A DNA stretch of 64,000 bases, from the NCBI GenBank assembly GCA_002269645.1, contig NIVC01000056.1:930001-994000 (forward strand), given 5' to 3'. The translations under genes were made by a program, and so were the position numbers. How positions within the stretch are numbered: the first letter of the stretch is position 1; each line of letters opens with the position of its first letter. This DNA comes from Macrostomum lignano (Eukaryota). A model generated the notes under the pieces. That model had not been told where the DNA came from. It saw nothing but the letters and a program-made list of their open reading frames with translations, and did not search any database. Positions 20,130 through 32,595 of the stretch are shown piece after piece.

Positions 20130-23100
20130 TTCGTGGTGATTCTACCAGGTGAAGTGGTGATTCTACCAGGTGAATTGGTGATTCTACTAGGTGAAGTGGT
20201 GATTCTACCAGTGAAGTGGTGATTCGACCAGGTGAAGTGGTGATTCTACCAGGTGAAGTAGTGATTCTTTCAGATGAAGTGGTGATTCTACCAGGTGAAG
20301 TTGTGGTGATTCTACCAGCTGAAGTGGTGATTATACGAGGTGAAGTGGTGATTCTACGAGGTGAAGTGGTGATTCTTTCAGGTAAATTGGTGAATCTACC
20401 AGATAAAGTGGTGATCCTACCGGGTAAAGTGGTGATCCTACCGGGTAAAGTGGTGATCCTACCGGGTAAAGTGGTGATCCTACCGGGTAAAGTGGTGATC
20501 CTACCAGGTAAAGTGGTGATCCTACCAGGTAAAGTGGCGATCCTACCGGGTAAAGTGGTGATCCTACCAGGTAAAGTGGTGATCCTACCAGGTAAAGTGG
20601 TGATCCTACTAGGTAAAGTGGTGATCCTAGCAGGTAAAGTGGTGATCCTACCAGGTAAAGTGGTGATCCTACTAGGTAAAGTGGTGATCCTAGCAGGTAA
20701 AGTAGTGATCCTACCAGGTAAAGTGGTGATCCTACCGGGTAAATTGGTGATCCTACCGGGTAAAGTGGTGATCCTACCGGGTAAAGTGGTGATCCTAGCA
20801 GGTAAAGTGGTGATCCTACCGGGTAAAGTGATGATCCTACCAGGTAAAGTGGTGATCCTACCGGGTAAAGTGGTGATCCTAGCAGGTAAAGTGGTGATCC
20901 TACCAGGTAAAGTGGTGATCCTAGCAGGTAAAGTGGTGATCCTACCAGGTAAAGTGGTGATCCTACTAGGTAAAGTGGTGATCCTAGCAGGTAAAGTAGT
21001 GATCCTACCGGGTAAAGTGGTGATCCTACCGGGTAAAGTGGTGATCCTAGCAGGTAAAGTGGTGATCCTACCGGGTAAAGTGATGATCCTACCAGGTAAA
21101 GTGGTGATCCTACCGGGTAAAGTGGTGATCCTACCAGGTAAAGTGGTGATTCTACCAGGTGAAGTAGTGATTCTTTCAGATGAAGTGGTGATTCTACCAG
21201 GTGAAGTTGTGGTGATTCTACCAGCTGAAGTGGTGATTATACGAGGTGAAGTGGTGATTCTACGAGGTGAAGTGGTGATTCTTTCAGGTAAATTGGTGAA
21301 TCTACCAGATAAAGTGGTGATCCTACCGGGTAAAGTGGTGATCCTACCGGGTAAAGTGGTGATCCTACCGGGTAAAGTGGTGATCCTACCAGGTAAAGTG
21401 GTGATCCTACCAGGTAAAGTGGCGATCCTACCGGGTAAAGTGGTGATCCTACCAGGTAAAGTGGTGATCCTACCAGGTAAAGTGGTGATCCTACTAGGTA
21501 AAGTGGTGATCCTAGCAGGTAAAGTGGTGATCCTACCAGGTAAAGTGGTGATCCTACTAGGTAAAGTGGTGATCCTAGCAGGTAAAGTAGTGATCCTACC
21601 AGGTAAAGTGGTGATCCTACCGGGTAAATTGGTGATCCTACCGGGTAAAGTGGTGATCCTACCGGGTAAAGTGGTGATCCTAGCAGGTAAAGTGGTGATC
21701 CTACCGGGTAAAGTGATGATCCTACCAGGTAAAGTGGTGATCCTACCGGGTAAAGTGGTGATCCTAGCAGGTAAAGTGGTGATCCTACCAGGTAAAGTGG
21801 TGATCCTAGCAGGTAAAGTGGTGATCCTACTAGGTAAAGTGGTGATCCTACTAGGTAAAGTGGTGATCCTAGCAGGTAAAGTAGTGATCCTACCGGGTAA
21901 AGTGGTGATCCTACCGGGTAAAGTGGTGATCCTAGCAGGTAAATTGGTGATCCTACCAGGTAAAGTGGTGATCCTACCGGGTAAATTGGTGATCCTACCG
22001 GGTAAAGTGGTGATCCTACCGGGTAAAGTGGTGATCCTAGCAGGTAAAGTGGTGATCCTACCGGGTAAAGTGATGATCCTACCAGGTAAAGTGGTGATCC
22101 TACCGGGTAAAGTGGTGATCCTACCAGGTAAAGTGGTGATTCTACCAGGTGAAGTAGTGATTCTTTCAGATGAAGTGGTGATTCTACCAGGTGAAGTTGT
22201 GGTGATTCTACCAGCTGAAGTGGTGATTATACGAGGTGAAGTGGTGATTCTACGAGGTGAAGTGGTGATTCTTTCAGGTAAATTGGTGAATCTACCAGAT
22301 AAAGTGGTGATCCTACCGGGTAAAGTGGTGATCCTACCGGGTAAAGTGGTGATCCTACCGGGTAAAGTGGTGATCCTACCAGGTAAAGTGGTGATCCTAC
22401 CAGGTAAAGTGGCGATCCTACCGGGTAAAGTGGTGATCCTACCAGGTAAAGTGGTGATCCTACCAGGTAAAGTGGTGATCCTACTAGGTAAAGTGGTGAT
22501 CCTAGCAGGTAAAGTGGTGATCCTACCAGGTAAAGTGGTGATCCTACTAGGTAAAGTGGTGATCCTAGCAGGTAAAGTAGTGATCCTACCGGGTAAATTG
22601 GTGATCCTACCGGGTAAAGTGGTGATCCTACCGGGTAAAGTGGTGATCCTAGCAGGTAAAGTGGTGATCCTACCGGGTAAAGTGATGATCCTAGCAGGTA
22701 AAGTGGTGATCCTACCGGGTAAAGTGATGATCCTACCAGGTAAAGTGGTGATCCTACCGGGTAAAGTGGTGATCCTAGCAGGTAAAGTGGTGATCCTAGC
22801 AGGTAAAGTGGTGATCCTAGCAGGTAAAGTGGTGATCCTAGCAGGTAAAGTGGTGATCCTACCGGGTAAAGTGGTGATCCTACCGGGTAAAGTGGTGATC
22901 CTAGCAGGTAAAGTGGTGATCCTACCGGGTAAAGTGATGATCCTACCAGGTAAAGTGATGATCCTACCAGGTAAAGTGGTGATCCTACCGGGTAAAGTGG
23001 TGATCCTAGCAGGTAAAGTGGTGATCCTAGCAGGTAAAGTGGTGATCCTACCGGGTAAAGTGGTGATCCTAGCAGGTAAAGTGGTGATCCTACTAGGTAA

Positions 23101-23345
23101 AGTGGTGATCCTACCAGGTAAAGTGGCGATCCTACCGGGTAAAGTGGTGATCCTACCAGGTAAAGTGGTGATCCTACCAGGTAAAGTGGTGATCCTACTA
23201 GGTAAAGTGGTGATCCTAGCAGGTAAAGTGGTGATCCTACCAGGTAAAGTGGTGATCCTACTAGGTAAAGTGGTGATCCTAGCAGGTAAAGTGGTGATCC
23301 TACTAGGTAAAGTGGTGATCCTACCAGGTAAAGTGGTGATTTCTC
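20130..23345. repeat. 21-bp minisatellite (GGTAAAGTGGTGATCCTACCA), ~150 copies, with a higher-order ~0.9-1 kb triplication
   Basis: The marker variant CTTTCAGATGAAG plus a 3-bp insertion recurs at ~20271, 21177 and 22167 (periods 906 and 990 bp). Confidence 0.97.
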
Positions 23346-23869
23346 AGGAAAAAAGGCCATTATTCAGGGTCAATTAATAGGATTTATTAACTTTCCTGGG
23401 TAAAGGGTCGAATCTTTAGGATGAAGGGGTGATTCTTCCTAAAGGAGTTAATAAGGGAATTTTTTAGGGGCAGGTCGTTTTTAGTAGGTGTCGACATCCA
23501 CATATACTAGTTAGCTAATTTAATTGTAAAAAGAGTCAATTGAAAAAATCTGGGTTAAATCAAATCATCATCGTGCAGAAGAAATGCAGTTAAACACCAT
23601 ATAGTACAAATGAGAACATGTACTTTTAAAATACAACATACATAAATACTGTATTACCTACGCGCATATTAAAACTTAATTAAGCCAGAATTTAAAAGTG
23701 TAGCAATCAGCATAGGAACAAAGATTGACTCTTATTATTACACCATTGTATCGTGTAGACGAATAACATTTCGTCACTATGGTAACAAAAGTACACACTT
23801 ACAATGGGATTAACACGGTTACTACTGTATAATAAAGCAACAAGTTCCAAGCAAACAGACGCGCAACAG

Positions 23870-25087
23870 TCAGGGCTCGCTAGTGCGAAATGTGTCGGAT
23901 AAGATGACGAAGGTGCCGTCGGACTGGCGTGACAGGACGAACGCTTGAGAAAATAATTTATGCCGGCGATCTTCGCAGCGTAGAAATTTTACCTGACCGT
24001 GGCAGGTAGCAAGCAGCGAGTTCGGCGGAAATATGTCGCCGTCAAGGAGTTGAGCGCTAACGCTGTAGGGCTGCGCTATGCAATTGGGTAGTTGAGCATA
24101 GAACTGCCCGATCTCCTGCGGGTAAGAATTCAGTGGGCAGGCCTAATCTAGCTCAGCCAATGGGAGAGCAGTAAGGAGAGAGGTTAAAGTCAGACGGACG
24201 CAACTCAGCCTTGGGGCAGACCTAATCTAACTCAGCCAATGAGAGAGCAGTAAGGAGAGAGGGCAAAGTCAGATCCAAGCGGACAAGAAGAAAGCCACTG
24301 TTTATCGGCTTGGCTGATGGGGGGGCTTTTCTCTTACACGTTATGCTCTCGCACTGGATTTGGCTCTTTGAAGTCTTCCTGTAATCTTCTAATTTTCTTT
24401 TCTTGAATAATTTCGAGCCTGAGACAGGGTGGAGTCTGTAAAACTGGATCAACGCGCTAATTTAATGGGGCAAAATGCTAATTTGTATAGTACAAAACAG
24501 ATAAATACTGCTACCCTTCAGGATAATGTCCTTGGAATATGTTAGCACACAACATAAAACATCGCCTTGAATCATTTATGACGCCAGAATCTTAAATCTT
24601 TTAAAATTGCAATCCTACGAAACTTTCACGACTTCATACTTTCAGACTGTACCTTCCTAAAACTGTACAAACCTTTGAAAGACGTTACAACCCTTCACAA
24701 GACTGCACAGACCTTCCCAAGACTGCAAAATCTTCCTAAGACTGCACAAACCTTCCCAAGACTGCACAACCCTTTACAAGACTGTACAAACGTTCCCAAC
24801 ACTTTACAAACCTTCACAAAACTGTACAACTCTTCACATGATCGTAAAAACCTTAAGACTACAACTTTTCAAAAAATCAAACAACAAAAAATAAAATGAA
24901 AATAAAATTATCAAACCTGTTTCCCTGAATGCCTGTGACCATTCCAAGCTAGCACAGCCTGATCGGCATATAGTGGAGTCAAATTCTGTCTAGTGTCGCT
25001 CATTCTTTTGTAGTACATTGTGCAGAAACGAACTGCAGCTGCGTCGCATCGAGCCTGATCTAAAGGCTTATTGTTGTCAGATGACAT
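23870..25087 (-). CDS. NXT1: NTF2-related export protein NXT1/p15, 2 exons, 138 aa (not in ORF track)
   Basis: Exon 1 (25087-24917): MSSDNNKPLDQARCDAAAVRFCTMYYKRMSDTRQNLTPLYADQAVLAWNGHRHSGKQ. Exon 2 (24115-23870): EIGQFYAQLP...TCHGQVKF..LFSQAFVLSRQSDGTFVILSDTFRTSEP*. GT-AG, phase 0, NXT1-like throughout. Confidence 0.88.
24640..24860. repeat. Degenerate ~21-bp repeat (AAGACTGCACAAACCTTCCC) in the NXT1 intron
   Basis: Imperfect tandem units. Confidence 0.75.
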
Positions 25088-26565
25088 GACTCACTGATGA
25101 TGGTGACAAATTAATTAATTCACAAATAAAAATGATTGTAGCTAATTAGCTAAAGATGCATGCAATGAGATTAATATTTCCAAATTACATCTAGCACTAA
25201 TAAACAGCAAAAACAAAAATGCTATATATCAAAATATGGTAGAGTTCTCCAAAAAACCATATCTTATCTCATAGCTTAAGCTAAGCTAGCCAGTCAGCTT
25301 GGTTAAACACTTATCTCCTAGATGGCTAGTAACTCAAATGTAGGACTTATATATGCAAAAATTTCCTATGCAACAAATAGGCTATTTTAATGTTCTGCTA
25401 TGTATTAGAGAGGGTAGATGACACACTGAATTCAATGCAAATAAAACCTTAGGAATGCAATTAAATTTTAATGATTATATGCTGAAGAGGCTGGGTAACC
25501 ATTATTTGCTCCTTTTATTTGAACTGTATTTTCTGGAATAGTGGACAAGTTAGCTACATTGGTATCTTAACAGTAGAAGGGCCAATAAACCATGTGACAA
25601 TTTACCTAATAAAAATTTATAGAGTGCAGTTTAACTAAAAATGATAGACTATAGTTTCACCTAGATAATTTTAATAGACTTCAGTCACAGTGTTCTACTT
25701 TCCTGTCTTAATTTCTAGGGCTTAATTTTTATAGATTTTTTTTCTAAATAGAAATTGGACTCATAATCATATAAATATATATATGCTATATATGCTAGGC
25801 TCGGCCTAGATATTAGCTATAATCCAAATCAAGGCAAGCATATGACAGAAAAAAATCTAGTTTTATTTTACAATTCATTCTTGTCTAATTTTCTTAATAT
25901 TAAGATTCAATATTAAGCCTAACTTGCATCTACTAGGCCTATACTCTAGGCCTATATTTATACTCTATTATCTATCAATATCATATATGCCCAACCTCAA
26001 AATTTCAACTATCCAGTGCAACTTAGTTTTGTCCAGATTTGCAACTTAGTTCCTCCTAATTGCGACTTAGTTCTTCCCAAATGCAACTTAGTTTCTCTTA
26101 ATTGCAACTTAGTTCTCCTGATTGCAACTTAATTTTCATTTTGTATAGGCCTATGACTTTTCTTGCTTTTTTCTCTTTTATTTTCTTTTCTTTCTCTCTC
26201 CTCTTTCCCCCTCTCTCTCTTCTCCCTCCTTTCTTTTCCTTTTCTCTTTCCTTTTTTTCTTCCCCCAAGTTTTTTTTCATCTTTTTTAATTTTGCAACTT
26301 ACCTTGGCCGGCAATCATTTCACTTGTCTAGTTCAGATAGGTTGGACAGGTGTTGGCATGATTGATCAATATTAATATTGACATTACTTGTTAAATATAC
26401 AATGATAATATACAATGATAATAGAAAGAAAAACATTGATTATTTTATATTGAGCTTGTTAATAACTTGTTTTATATCAAATATAAGTATAATAACATCA
26501 GCAAGCTTCTAGTTTGTTTTGTGATTTTATTTTGTTTGAGTTGATACTACAAAAAGTGCCTCTAA

Positions 26566-26840
26566 TATACATGCGCAACTGTTGGCTGACCTAGCCAATC
26601 TGGCCACCGTAAATTGTGGTGGACCAGGGGTAAGTCGCAAAAATGCCACCCCAAAGAATATGGACCTAGTACTAATTAGATGCTGAGGCATTTAGGCTTG
26701 ATAAGACAGTCATAGTTACTCCTGCCATTTTCCCAAAACTGCATCAATTTTGCTTTAGGGTTTTTTCACAGGTAAGTTGCATTTTTGGTCAAAAAGTAAG
26801 TCACATGGCCAGTATAAATCAGGCGGGTTGCACATGTATG
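26566..26840 (-). mobile_element. Older copy of the CATACATGCGCAAC hAT-MITE family
   Basis: Ends (T)ATACATGCGCAAC and GTTGCACATGTATG. Interior is alignable by eye to the reverse complement of 27847-28144. TSD not preserved. Confidence 0.7.
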
Positions 26841-27846
26841 AGTAGATAGAGTAATAGTAAGGCAGTAAAAGTAGCAATATATGGAGTAGTAGATAAAGCA
26901 ATAGATATAGCAATATATAAATCAGTAGATAAGAGCTAGAGGCTAGAGCATTTTCTAATACCATTTCCTATCCCTTTTGGCCATAGATATCATTTTCTAT
27001 TATGGCACTACAGTCTCAAGATATGTTGTTTTATTGCAGCATTGATTCAAACTTGAAAATAATATCAAGAAACAAGTGAAAAGTTGCTATAAGCATATAA
27101 TATCATAGTCACAAATAGTCATATAATCACAAATTTTGATTTTTTTGAGATCTTGAAACTAAGATTGAGATTTTAAAAAGTGTCAAGATCTTGACAACTA
27201 AGATCAAGATTGAGATCTTGTCCAGGCCATTCTATATAAGATGGACATATTTGGAAAATAGAAAAAAGTCAATATTTTTGCTTGTCATTGCCTTATCAGC
27301 CAATTTTTTTTTCACCAAATCTTTTTTGTATGCAATGTATAGAATCTAAGAATAAAAAATGATAAAATGTTGGATTAGTATGTTATCAATTGGCAAAAAG
27401 TTATTTTTGTTAAAAATTGGACATTTTCTAAGCAAAAGACATCATTGAGTTTATGCACCTTTTAAAAACAAATAGAAGGCTGTAGAAGGTTAAAACAAAC
27501 TATATATAAAATTATAGTACTTGCATCATCAGATAAAAACATTAGCTCAACCATATAATCTATTATATTTTTAATATACTAGTACTTCAAAGTTACTGAA
27601 TTGATAGAAAAATATATTATGACCATAAGGCTGCCTTTTCTTTTGTATCTTTGTTGCATTTTGAGTTTATATATTCTAATAAAAGAGTATGACTTCTAAA
27701 GATGTTCTTACTCTAATTTTTAAAAAGTTATTGCAAAATTTCAAAAATGAAAAATGTTATAAGACTTTTACCTTTTAGTTTCTATATGTCAAAAATCCTG
27801 TTGTTACAACCATAAGTGCCATTCAAGGTTTAATAGCATCTATACT

Positions 27847-28144
27847 CATACATGCGCAACCCCCAAATTTCGGTCGGCCGTGCGACTTAGTTTTAACAAA
27901 AATGTGACGTACTTTTTGGCCAAAAATGCGACTTACATATAAAAAAACCCAAAAGCAAAATCAACACAACTTTGGGTAAACGGCAGAAGTAGCTATAAGT
28001 GTCTTATTAAGCCGAAATGTCTCGTCAGCTACTTAGTACTACTACTTGGGTGTTTTTTCGGGTGGGAATTTTTGCGACTTCCTTGGTTGGCCGCCAAATC
28101 GGTCGGCCAGATCGGCCGACTCGGCCGACTGTTGCGCATGTATG
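27847..28144 (+). mobile_element. hAT-type MITE, 298 bp
   Basis: Perfect 14-bp TIRs CATACATGCGCAAC and GTTGCGCATGTATG, with an exact 8-bp TSD TCTATACT on both sides. Confidence 0.92.
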
Positions 28145-29389
28145 TCTATACTAATGATTATATCTATATGAAACTTTATAAACATATTCTTGACAAAATA
28201 ATCTTTCATTCAAAATATTGGTTTAGTGTATTCTATTATTAGATTTCATTTTATAAGTAAAAATAGTCTGTCATGTTATGACCATAATTATATGGAATGG
28301 CCTTCCAGCCCTTACTGGGTAGCTATCTTTCCAAGGGGTTTATTAAGGTCTCAGCATTGCCTGATTGCAGCGCATGGGCATTTTGGCGGACGGCGTCCGG
28401 CGTGGATTGGCCTGGCGGCAGCGTGGCACGTGGCAGCGGCGCGGCGCGCGGTGGCGTGGCATGTGGCAGCGGCGCGCGGCGGCGTGGCAGGTGCTTCGGC
28501 AACTGGCGGCAACAAAGGGCCAGTTCAACGTCGATTGATGCGAGCCATTGACTGACTAATTGAACCAAATCACTGATCCTAAGGACTGGCCCTGGCGCGG
28601 TACGGGTAGATGTCTGGCGCGGGAAAGGGGGGCGTCCGGCGTGGTTCAGACCTTGGCTACAATAGGGCAGCATTGTACAATAGTTATAGAAAGTTTATTA
28701 GCTACTAATATAGATATAGATAGATTATAAGAAAAAATAGAGATATGGCAGAATGGCTATAGATATAAATATGGGTAATTTGGCTAAAATGGAGCTTTAT
28801 TCAATGATCTAGATAAAAGTTACAAAGGCTATTACTTATTTTCATTCTTTGTCTTCATCTTTAACATTACATAGCTTTTACACTAAACTACTTATACTAC
28901 TTATACTACTACACTACTTATACACTAAACTTGTACTTGACCATTTTTGGTATATCAACAACATATCTATCAATGTGAATAGAAATATGTTAAAATTTTT
29001 AATCTGATGAAAACCCTTTTTGGACCATGGGATATTATTAGTATATACTAGCAATCTTCGCCCCCCGATGGGGGACATCTGGATAGAATCTCTGTTCTCT
29101 ACACGGATCAAAAACACATCCAAATAAAGCCTTCACAAAGACAATATACAAACTGCTCAAATGAAGAGCAATGCGAAAAGAAAACATCCCAAGACAGCAT
29201 GCAAGCATCCCCCCCCAGATAGCAAGCACCCCCAGATAGCAAGCATCCAATTGATAGCAAGTATCTATCCTTAAATAGCAAGCATCCACCAGACAATAAG
29301 TATCTAGTGCAACAATTTTCTTAGCTTTATGGTGGCTTCTTTATGATTGGCATGACGCTTCTTTTTACGTTTGTAATTGTCTCTTTTAT

Positions 29390-32300
29390 GTTTGACATGG
29401 TGGCTCTTTTATGTTTGGCATGGTGGCTCTTTTATGTTTGACATGGTGGCTCTTTAATGTTTGACATGGTGGCTCTTTTATGTTTTGCATGGTGGGTCTT
29501 TAATGTTCGACATGATGGCTCTTTAATGTTTGACATGGAGTCACAAATATGTTTGACCTGGTGGCACTTTACTGTCTGCAATGATGGCTCTTTAATGTTT
29601 GACATGGAGTCACGTATACGCTTGACATGGTGACTCGTTAATGTTTGACATGGTGGCTCTTTAATGTTTTACATGGTGGCTCTTTTATGTTCGACATGGT
29701 GGCTCTTTAACGTTCGATATGGTGGCTCTTTAATGTTCGACATGGAGTCACATATATGTTAGACATGGTGGCTCTTTAATGTTGGACATGGTGGCTCTTT
29801 AATGTTTTACATGGTGGCTCTTTTATGTTCGACATGGTGGCTCTTAAATGTTTGACATGGAGTCACATATATGTTGGACATGGTGGCTCTTTAATGTTTG
29901 ACATGGTGGTTCTTTAATGTTCGACATGGTGGCTCTTTAATGTTCGACGTGGTGGCTCTTTAATGTTCGACAAAGTGGCTCCTTTATGTTTGACATGGTG
30001 GCTCTTTAATGTTTGACATGGTGGCTCTTTAATGTTTGACATTGTAGCTCTTAAATGTTCGACATGGTGGTTCTTTTACGTTTGACATGGTGGCTCTTTA
30101 ATTTTCGACATGTTGGCTCTTTTATGTTTGACATGGTAGCTCTTTAATTTTCGACAAAGTGGCTCTTTAATGTTTGACATGGTGGCTCGTTTATGTTTGA
30201 CATGGTAGCTCTTTAATGTTCGATGTGGTGGCTGTTTAATGTTCAACAGAGTGGCTCTTTAATGTTTGACATGGTGGCTCTTTAATGTTTGACATGGTAG
30301 CTCTTTAATTTTCGACATGTCGGCTCTTTTATGTTTGACATGGTGGCTCTTTAATGTTTGACATGGTAGCTCTTTAATTTTCGACATGTCGGCTCTTTTA
30401 TGTTTGACATGGTAGCTCTTTAATGTTCGACACAGTGGTTCTTTATTGTTTGACATGGTGGCTTTTTCACGTTCGACGTGGTGGCTCTTTAAAGTTTGAC
30501 ATGGTGGCTCTTTAATGTTTTACATGGTAGCTCTTTAATGTTCGACATGGTGGCTCTTTTAAGTATGACAAAGTGGCTCTTTAATTTTTGACATGGTGGC
30601 TCTTTAATGTTTGACATGGTGGCTCTTTAATGTTCGACATGTCGGTTCTTTTACGTTTGACATGGTGGCTCTTTAATGTTCGACATGGTGGTTCTTTTAC
30701 GTTTGACATGGTGGCTCCTTAATGTTTTACATGGTGGCTCTTTTATGTTCGACATGGTGGCTCTTTAACGTTCGACATGGTGGCTCTTTAATGTTTGACA
30801 TGGAGTCACATATATGTTGGACATGGTGGCTCTTTAATGTTTGACATGGTGGTTCTTTAATGTTCGACATGGTGGCTCTTTAATGTTCGACGTGGTGGCT
30901 CTTTTATCTTCGACAAAGTGGCTCCTTTATGTTTGACATGGTGGCTCTTTAATGTTTGACATGGTGGCTCTTTAATGTTTGACATTGTAGCTCTTAAATG
31001 TTCGACATGGTAGTTCTTTTACGTTTGACATGGTGGCTCTTTAATGTTTGACATTGTAGCTCTTAAATGTTCGACATGGTGGTTCTTTTACGTTTGACAT
31101 GGTGGCTCTTTAACGTTCGATATGGTGGCTCTTTAATGTTCGACATGGAGTCACATATATGTTAGACATGGTGGCTCTTTAATGTTGGACATGGTGGCTT
31201 TTTAATGTTCGACATGGTGACACTTTAATGTCTGAAATGATGGCTCTTTAATGTTTGACATGGAGTCACGTATACGCTTGACATGGTGACTTGTTAATGT
31301 TTGACATGGTGGCTCTTTAACGTTCGACATGGTGGCTCTTTAATGTTAGACATGGTGGCTCTTTAATGTTTTACATGGTGGCTCTTTTATGTTCGACATG
31401 GTGGCTCTTTAATGTTAGACATGGTGGCTCTTTAATGTTTGACATGGAGTCACATATATGTTGGACATGGTGGCTCTTTAATGTTGGACATGGTGGCTCT
31501 TTAATGTTAGACATGGTGGCTCTTCAAATTATTTTCATGGTGGCTCTTAAATGTTTGACATGGAGTCACGTATACGCTTGACATGGTGACTCGTTAATGT
31601 TTGACATGGTGGCTCTTTAATGTTTTACATGGTGGCTCTTTTATGTTCAATATGGTGGCTCTTTAACGTTCGACATGGTGGCTCTTTATTATTTGACATG
31701 GTGGCTCTTTAATGTTTGACATGGTGGTTCTTTAATGTTCGACATGGTGGCTCTTTAATGTTCGACGTGGTGGCTCTTTAATGTTCGACAGAGTGGCTCT
31801 TTAATGTTTGACATGGTGGCTCTTTAATGTTTGACATGGTAGCTCTTTAATTTTCGACATGTCGGCTCTTTTATGTTTGACATGGTGGCTCTTTAATGTT
31901 TGACATGGTAGCTCTTTAATTTTCGACATGTTGGCTCTTTTATGTTTGACATGGTAGCTCTTTAATGTTTGACAAAGTGGTTCTTTATTGTTAGACATGG
32001 TGGCTCTTTTATGTTTGACATGGTGGCTCTTTTATGTTTGACATGGTGGCTTTTTCACGTTCGACGTGGTGGCTTTTTAAAGTTTGACATGGTGGCTTTT
32101 TTATGTTTGACATGGTAGCTCTTTAATGTTCGACATGGTGGCTCTTTTAAGTATGACAAAGTGGCTCTTTAATGTTTGACATGGTGGCTCTTTAATGTTC
32201 GACATGTCGGTTCTTTTACATTTGACATGGTGGCTCTTTAATGTTCGACATGGTGGTTCTTTTACGTTTGACATGGTAGCTCCTTAATGTTCGACATGTC

Positions 32301-32550
32301 GGTTCTTTTACGTTTGACATGGTGGCTCTTTAATGTTCAACATGGTGGCTCTTTTATGTTTGACATGGTAGGTCTTTTATATTCGACATGGTGGCTCTTT
32401 AATGTTTGACATGGAGTCACGTATATATGTTTTACATGGAGTCACAAATATGTTTGACATGGTGGCTTTTTAATGCTTGACATGGTGGCTCGTTTATGTT
32501 TGGCATGGTGGCTCTTTAATGTTCCACATGGTTCTACTGATATGTTTGAC
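29390..32550. repeat. 23-bp minisatellite (TTTGACATGGTGGCTCTTTAATG), ~135 copies, with interspersed GGAGTCAC variants
   Basis: Direct tandem repetition. Confidence 0.97.
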
Positions 32551-32595
32551 ATTGTGCTTCTTTTATGTTTAGCAGTTTCATGTTTTCAAGGTGTT

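Noticed and set aside
20216-23377. 1053-aa ORF as a real protein
   Set aside because: A 21-bp unit keeps frame automatically. There is no ATG and no unique N- or C-terminal domain, and the frame is broken by a 1-bp deletion at the array's left end.
28340-28655. GC-rich island with possible AAGGTCT(C/G)A terminal repeats
   Set aside because: The TIR is short and imperfect with no TSD, and the overlapping ORFs are low-complexity.
29390-32550. CRISPR-like array
   Set aside because: Contiguous tandem units with no unique spacers, no cas genes, and a eukaryotic context. The same applies to all arrays here.
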